Source: a virus | Taxonomy: Duplodnaviria > Caudoviricetes | IMG/VR virus record: IMGVR_UViG_3300035228_000644 | Location: 1-62,018 of that record | Strand: one strand, 5' to 3' | Length of the DNA stretch: 62,018 nucleotides | In this document: piece by piece, positions 57,231 through 62,018 of the stretch | Position numbering within the stretch: position 1 is the stretch's first letter | Layout: each line of letters opens with the position of its first letter | Translations under genes and position numbers: made by a program | The notes under the pieces: model-generated | Databases searched by the model: none | Seen by the model: the letters and a program-made list of their open reading frames with translations, nothing else | What the model was told of the DNA's origin: nothing

Positions 57231-60200
57231 GAGATTACTTCAGGGTCAATTACTTCAGCACCATATAAGGAAAGGTCTGGGGCAGTCCAATCATCAGGAA
57301 CGGAAGTTTCAACGCTCACATTTGGATTTTGATATCCAGTTCCACTGTCTGTAACAGTAACACTAGCAACACCAATCAGTGCCTTAACTTGACCATCAAA
57401 ACCAGAGATAGAGTCAAGTCTTACTACAGGTCTAGACGTATATCCAGATCCACCAGCAGTGATTTGTACCTTTTCAATAAATCCTGAAGTGAGGTTAGCA
57501 GTTGCTTGTGCATTTTGCCCAAAAACAGAACCAAGGTAATCAAATGTAATTAAAGAGTTTGAAGACTCAATAACAGCAACCTCACGATCACTAACTTCAC
57601 CTTGGATATCTATGAAGTCGCCTGCTTCAACTGGAGGAACAACAACATCAGCATCCACGTCCGCTTCAGAACCAACATATGAGAACGCTACAAACGTAGA
57701 TCCAAAACGAGGAATTTCTGAGAAGATAATTCTAGAACCAACAATCTCAAAACCAACGCCAGGTTCCTGAAGAACTCCATTGATAGAAACAATAATATTA
57801 TTTTCAGGACGAATAGTTGAAGATTGAACACCATCTGTAAGTGTAAGAGAATAGAATATCTCATCTCTTCTCAAATTGAAGGATTGGCGTAATGAGTCAA
57901 ACTCGAATGAGATATCATCCAATTGTCTTAGTTTACCAATATAGAATCCAGTAAAGGAAGATCCGATATCGGGTGGTTCGGAGAACTGAATCTTATCAGA
58001 GAAGGCAGTATATGCCGACCCCGCACCAGGTGGTTGTAAGATACCATTAACAAAGATCATCATATGACCTGCAGGATCTGGTAGATACTGAGTGCCCTTT
58101 TCAGTGGTAAGATTAAAGGTAGTTTGAACACCATCAAATCCACGGAAGAATCTCTTAACTCTTGCTTTCAGAATCTTTCTAGTAACAACACTTGAACGAT
58201 AACCTTGTGGACCTCTTAGACCATCTCTACCAGTAAACGTTCCAATAACATTTGTGAGATATAATCTCTTAGTAAGTCCAACATCACGAACATCTTGCAC
58301 AAGACCAGACGCTGCACCCGCTACAGTAGTTCTATTGGAAACTGTAGCAGTTCCCTGCAGAACAGTTTCACCCAATCCAAAATCACCAATAGTATCTGTG
58401 ATATTGAAAGAACCCTGTATTGGTGCAACATATATGTAATTATTATCAAGATCAACTTCAGTAATAGTTCCATATATGCTAGTGTCTTGTACACCACCAC
58501 TAACCATTCTGTAAAGTGTATTACCAACTTGGAATATGTTGAGAGTAGCATCTACAGAAACTGTTAATCTGAGATATCCGATAGAGGCAATTCTATCACC
58601 AACACTGATATCAAGACCCGCATACTTCTTAACTTCAAGATATTCTCTAGAAGACTCGGGATAAACAACCGATGTAGTTTCAAGAGATCCTAATAAAGTC
58701 TCAGTATCAACAGTTAGAATACCGCCAGTATTATTAGTAACAGCAGCCTGATTAACTGTATACGAAACGGGTTGTGCAGATTCAGTGCTAGTATATCCTC
58801 GGAATGAAATATTTTCTTCAAAAGATCCTTTGACGTTGATAACGTGTAAGCGATTTTCAAGGGCACTTACTTGTGCTGTAGTGGTATTAGTAGCACCTTC
58901 AATAATATCAGTGACTGACCAAGTTCCAGCAGTTACAGCAACATCGAGATACTTAAAATTAGCATCTTGATAGAATCCATAAACAATACCAGTTATGCTG
59001 CTATCACCTTGCTTTTGAACCACTTCATTCATTGTGAAAGGTCCATCAGTAATATTACCATCAATTCGGAATCTCTTATATGCTTTAGCAACCTTAGATT
59101 CATTTACAGCAATTGTTTGAATCTCTGCATAGATATCTTTATCAAGTGAATAGAAATAATCCGATCCAATAAGTTCACCACTAATTCCGATAGGAATATC
59201 GCGAGTTCCATAAGATTTAGTTTGAATTGTAATTGAATTTGTTAAATTAACAGTAGTGTAATGATTACTAGATTTTAATTGCTCTTCAATAATATCAATA
59301 TTGTTTCTGATGAATCCCATGACAGATTTTCCATCATAATTAGCACCAGCAGTAGAATCATAGAATTTGGAGAATCCTGAAGTAGGAGATGGACTTACTA
59401 GATCATTATCCAATGCTCTTCTAATGAAATCCTGTAAGAGATCCAAAGAATATTTCTTAATATTATATTCAATATTTGCATAAAATTCTTGACCAGAAAC
59501 AGCAACATATGTTCCCAAGACTTCATTAGATAACTTAGCACCCCAAGCAAATACACCTGGTCCACCAGTAATATCTAAAAGATAAACAGATCCTGCATTT
59601 GAATTTTGATCATCTCCTCCTGAAGCAGCAATATAAAGATTGCCGCTAATAAGTGTTACTGCACTACCAAATAAATCTGCAACGTTGGCATCAAATGCGC
59701 TTTCAATAAGTCCGTTAGTCCCATCTAAATCATACAAGAACACCAAACCTTGAGTAGCAACTCCACCACTAGATAATTGATCATTAGGGGCACCAACGGC
59801 AACTTTACCGTTATCAATAGTCATTGAAGAACCGAACTTGATTCCTGCAGCACCACCACCATCACCACCAGCGACGGGAGTTAACTCTACTTCATTAGTA
59901 CCATCCAGATCAAACACCCATGCTCCACCTCTAGCAGCATTACCACCGACTGTCATATTGGGAGAGAAAACACCAATCTTATTGTCACCAACACATACAC
60001 CATAACCAAATTGATCCCCTGTTGAAGGACCCGCATGAGCGAACTTAACTTCATTTGCACCATCAGCAGCATCATAAACATAAACAGCACCTGTGCTACT
60101 TGTTTCACCAAGAGCACCAATAACAACTTTACCATTTCCAGCAGCGACTGAGAATCCGAACCTATCACTAGCAGCAGCATCGGATGCTTGAATACTATAT

Positions 60201-62018
60201 TCAAAATTACCACTTAAATCATAAACACACACTGCACCTTGTTGTGCTTGATTGTTTGCTGCACCATTCCAACCATTAACACCGATATAGACTTTATTGT
60301 TGAAGATAGCAACAGATTGTCCAAAGTAATCTTCAGATCTTTGAGTTAGATTGGAACTACTCATATCAATCTTAACTTCATTACCACCATCTAAATCGAA
60401 GATGTAAACTACACCCGCATTGGTAAGAACATCATCCTCATCAATAATACTTTCTCCATATGCACCAACCGCAATCTTGCTATTCCCTATAGAAGTAGAA
60501 TATCCAAAGTACGAGTAAGAAGATTTAACACTCGGAAGAATTTGAACTTGATTTGAACCATCTTGATCGTAAACATATACGGTTCCGTTACTATCAAAAC
60601 CATCTGTAGATGCTAGACCTGCGCCAATGACTACTTTTCCGTTTCCACTAGAAATACTCTCAGCAGTTCGACCAAGTTGAGAATTGTTAGAAAGTGGAGG
60701 AGAAAGTTTGATGTCATTTGCAGTTCCTGTAAAATCAAGAAGTGCTGTTGTATTACTCAGGATATTGAGTTTATTGACAAGAGTTGCAAATCCAAAACCA
60801 AATTCTGTGGTAATGTACAATCTATACCATCCATTACCAAAAGGAATTGCTCCATGTCCAGTAACAGTAAGACCAGAGGTAGTAAAGATACTTCCAATTT
60901 GTCCTGTGGTTAAATTGGCATTGAAATGTGCATTCTCAGTGCCAGAATCTAAGAATACTGTAAATCTTACATTGTTATACTCAGATGCTTTTACAAACAT
61001 AGATGAAGTAAATGTTTGTGTTGGATTGACCGCACCACTATCAAATTTCAATGAACCACTGTCAAATTTAGAGGCATTACTATCAAAGGTATCAAATGAA
61101 GTTAAAGTATAAGATCTTTGAATATGATGTTGTCCTGTAGTTTCAGTAATGGCAATTTTTTCAGAAGTAATTGTATTATCAGGGGAAGTTCCTGTATTTG
61201 CAGAAACTTCAGTTAATGCTGTTGTCCAATTAGAATCAAATTGTTCTGGAGTTGTCCAAAGATTAGTAGGAGTTATAGAACCTTCAATTAGAGAAGAAAT
61301 TGCACTAGCAGTTTCAATGGTTTTGACATTAGAAGTATCATTGTACCATTCATGTGGAACTGTTACACCATTCTCACCAATCGTTGCCGAGGCACCAGAT
61401 GGAGCAGTTATAGAATCGCCATCTGCAAAAATTGTTCCAACCAAGGAACCAATAATCATGGTGGATCCTGAACTATAAAGAACGGTTGCTGTTGCAGATC
61501 CATTAGTAATAGTTTCACCAGTAATAAATGTCCCGTAGAATGAAGAGAAAGTTAATGTATACGCAACTTGAGTATCTGTAGTGTTACTTGTTATGAAATC
61601 ATACTCAACAATATTGATAATATCTTCAACGAAAGAATCATATTTCCAAGAATCCTGACCAAACTGATTATTTACACTAGCAGCAATTTCTTGCTTGTAA
61701 TAGTTTTCATTAAATAAGATATTCTTAACTGCACTTCTTGCTTCAATTTTTCCTGGGAATAATGTATTCAGAGCAGTATCAAGGAGTTCTCTCATTCTGC
61801 AGGAAACTGCAGCAATATCAGTTGGAGTAATTGAATCTCTATATGCAGTAGCATTTGCAAATGATGCCGCATATTGAGGACTAGTTACACTAGTACCCTT
61901 AGTATAAAGAATATTTTTAATTGCCTTTTCAGCAAGAGTTCTAATTTGCTCATTAGCAAAGAAGAACGTGTATAGTTCATTATCGATTGTGATAATTTTC
62001 AAATCAGTAGTCAAGAAC
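57227..62018 (-). CDS. C-terminal part of a giant baseplate/virion structural protein (gp7-position), 5' end outside the window
   Basis: Frame stays open to the window edge; FDG..TTFNL, NGILQ.PG and LDDISFEFD modules; inserted FG-GAP repeats. Confidence 0.75.
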   Translation of the reverse strand, partial: FLTTDLKIITIDNELYTFFFANEQIRTLAEKAIKNILYTKGTSVTSPQYAASFANATAYRDSITPTDIAAVSCRMRELLDTALNTLFPGKIEARSAVKNILFNENYYKQEIAASVNNQFGQDSWKYDSFVEDIINIVEYDFITSNTTDTQVAYTLTFSSFYGTFITGETITNGSATATVLYSSGSTMIIGSLVGTIFADGDSITAPSGASATIGENGVTVPHEWYNDTSNVKTIETASAISSLIEGSITPTNLWTTPEQFDSNWTTALTEVSANTGTSPDNTITSEKIAITETTGQHHIQRSYTLTSFDTFDSNASKFDSGSLKFDSGAVNPTQTFTSSMFVKASEYNNVRFTVFLDSGTENAHFNANLTTGQIGSIFTTSGLTVTGHGAIPFGNGWYRLYITTEFGFGFATLVNKLNILSNTTALLDFTGTANDIKLSPPLSNNSQLGRTAESISSGNGKVVIGAGLASTDGFDSNGTVYVYDQDGSNQVQILPSVKSSYSYFGYSTSIGNSKIAVGAYGESIIDEDDVLTNAGVVYIFDLDGGNEVKIDMSSSNLTQRSEDYFGQSVAIFNNKVYIGVNGWNGAANNQAQQGAVCVYDLSGNFEYSIQASDAAASDRFGFSVAAGNGKVVIGALGETSSTGAVYVYDAADGANEVKFAHAGPSTGDQFGYGVCVGDNKIGVFSPNMTVGGNAARGGAWVFDLDGTNEVELTPVAGGDGGGAAGIKFGSSMTIDNGKVAVGAPNDQLSSGGVATQGLVFLYDLDGTNGLIESAFDANVADLFGSAVTLISGNLYIAASGGDDQNSNAGSVYLLDITGGPGVFAWGAKLSNEVLGTYVAVSGQEFYANIEYNIKKYSLDLLQDFIRRALDNDLVSPSPTSGFSKFYDSTAGANYDGKSVMGFIRNNIDIIEEQLKSSNHYTTVNLTNSITIQTKSYGTRDIPIGISGELIGSDYFYSLDKDIYAEIQTIAVNESKVAKAYKRFRIDGNITDGPFTMNEVVQKQGDSSITGIVYGFYQDANFKYLDVAVTAGTWSVTDIIEGATNTTTAQVSALENRLHVINVKGSFEENISFRGYTSTESAQPVSYTVNQAAVTNNTGGILTVDTETLLGSLETTSVVYPESSREYLEVKKYAGLDISVGDRIASIGYLRLTVSVDATLNIFQVGNTLYRMVSGGVQDTSIYGTITEVDLDNNYIYVAPIQGSFNITDTIGDFGLGETVLQGTATVSNRTTVAGAASGLVQDVRDVGLTKRLYLTNVIGTFTGRDGLRGPQGYRSSVVTRKILKARVKRFFRGFDGVQTTFNLTTEKGTQYLPDPAGHMMIFVNGILQPPGAGSAYTAFSDKIQFSEPPDIGSSFTGFYIGKLRQLDDISFEFDSLRQSFNLRRDEIFYSLTLTDGVQSSTIRPENNIIVSINGVLQEPGVGFEIVGSRIIFSEIPRFGSTFVAFSYVGSEADVDADVVVPPVEAGDFIDIQGEVSDREVAVIESSNSLITFDYLGSVFGQNAQATANLTSGFIEKVQITAGGSGYTSRPVVRLDSISGFDGQVKALIGVASVTVTDSGTGYQNPNVSVETSVPDDWTAPDLSLYGAEVIDPEVIS
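59570..60710 (-). repeat. seven FG-GAP-like repeats (beta-propeller)
   Basis: QLGRT..VVIGAG, YFGYS..IAVGAY, YFGQS..VYIGVN, RFGFS..VVIGAL, QFGYG..IGVFSP, KFGSS..VAVGAP, LFGSA..LYIAAS, each followed by G.V.(V/I/L)(Y/F)D or similar. Confidence 0.85.

Noticed and set aside
1-62018. tRNAs, CRISPR arrays, introns/inteins, homing endonucleases, diversity-generating retroelement
   Set aside because: Intergenic gaps are short and explained, core genes have normal uninterrupted lengths, and I saw no reverse transcriptase or exact nucleotide repeat arrays by eye

Overview
A 62-kb segment of a T4-like marine cyanomyovirus genome (Kyanoviridae-type; host probably Synechococcus or Prochlorococcus). Essentially all genes are on the minus strand. 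In transcription order (right to left) it holds: baseplate and fibre genes (partial giant structural protein, gp9-like, YHYH-like protein, gp8, VrlC-like protein, 2008-aa fibre); neck and tail gp13-gp15; terminase gp16; an accessory island (Lys-rich 516-aa protein, plastocyanin petE, truncated gnd-like gene, small membrane proteins, SNase-like nuclease); gp17-gp23; gp3, uvsY, uvsW, gp55, gp47/gp46; a vWA/HEXXH protein plus CobS-like AAA ATPase; a DenV-like glycosylase; and gp45, gp44, Dam, gp62, regA. T4-type late promoters (TAAATA core), sigma70-like promoters and intrinsic terminators are visible. I found no tRNA, rRNA, CRISPR array or mobile element. The most unusual signals are: (i) a 516-aa basic protein that looks like a polyprotein cut by the prohead protease into peptides with paired cysteines; (ii) cupredoxin-like His/Cys/His/Met copper-ligand sets inside baseplate proteins; (iii) a CCGxGCxxCP motif in the +1 frame across the major capsid stop codon, with competing RNA hairpins; (iv) a GACA-N10-TGTC operator-like promoter shared by the vWA and AAA genes. 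All assignments come from motif recognition and synteny; no database searches were run.
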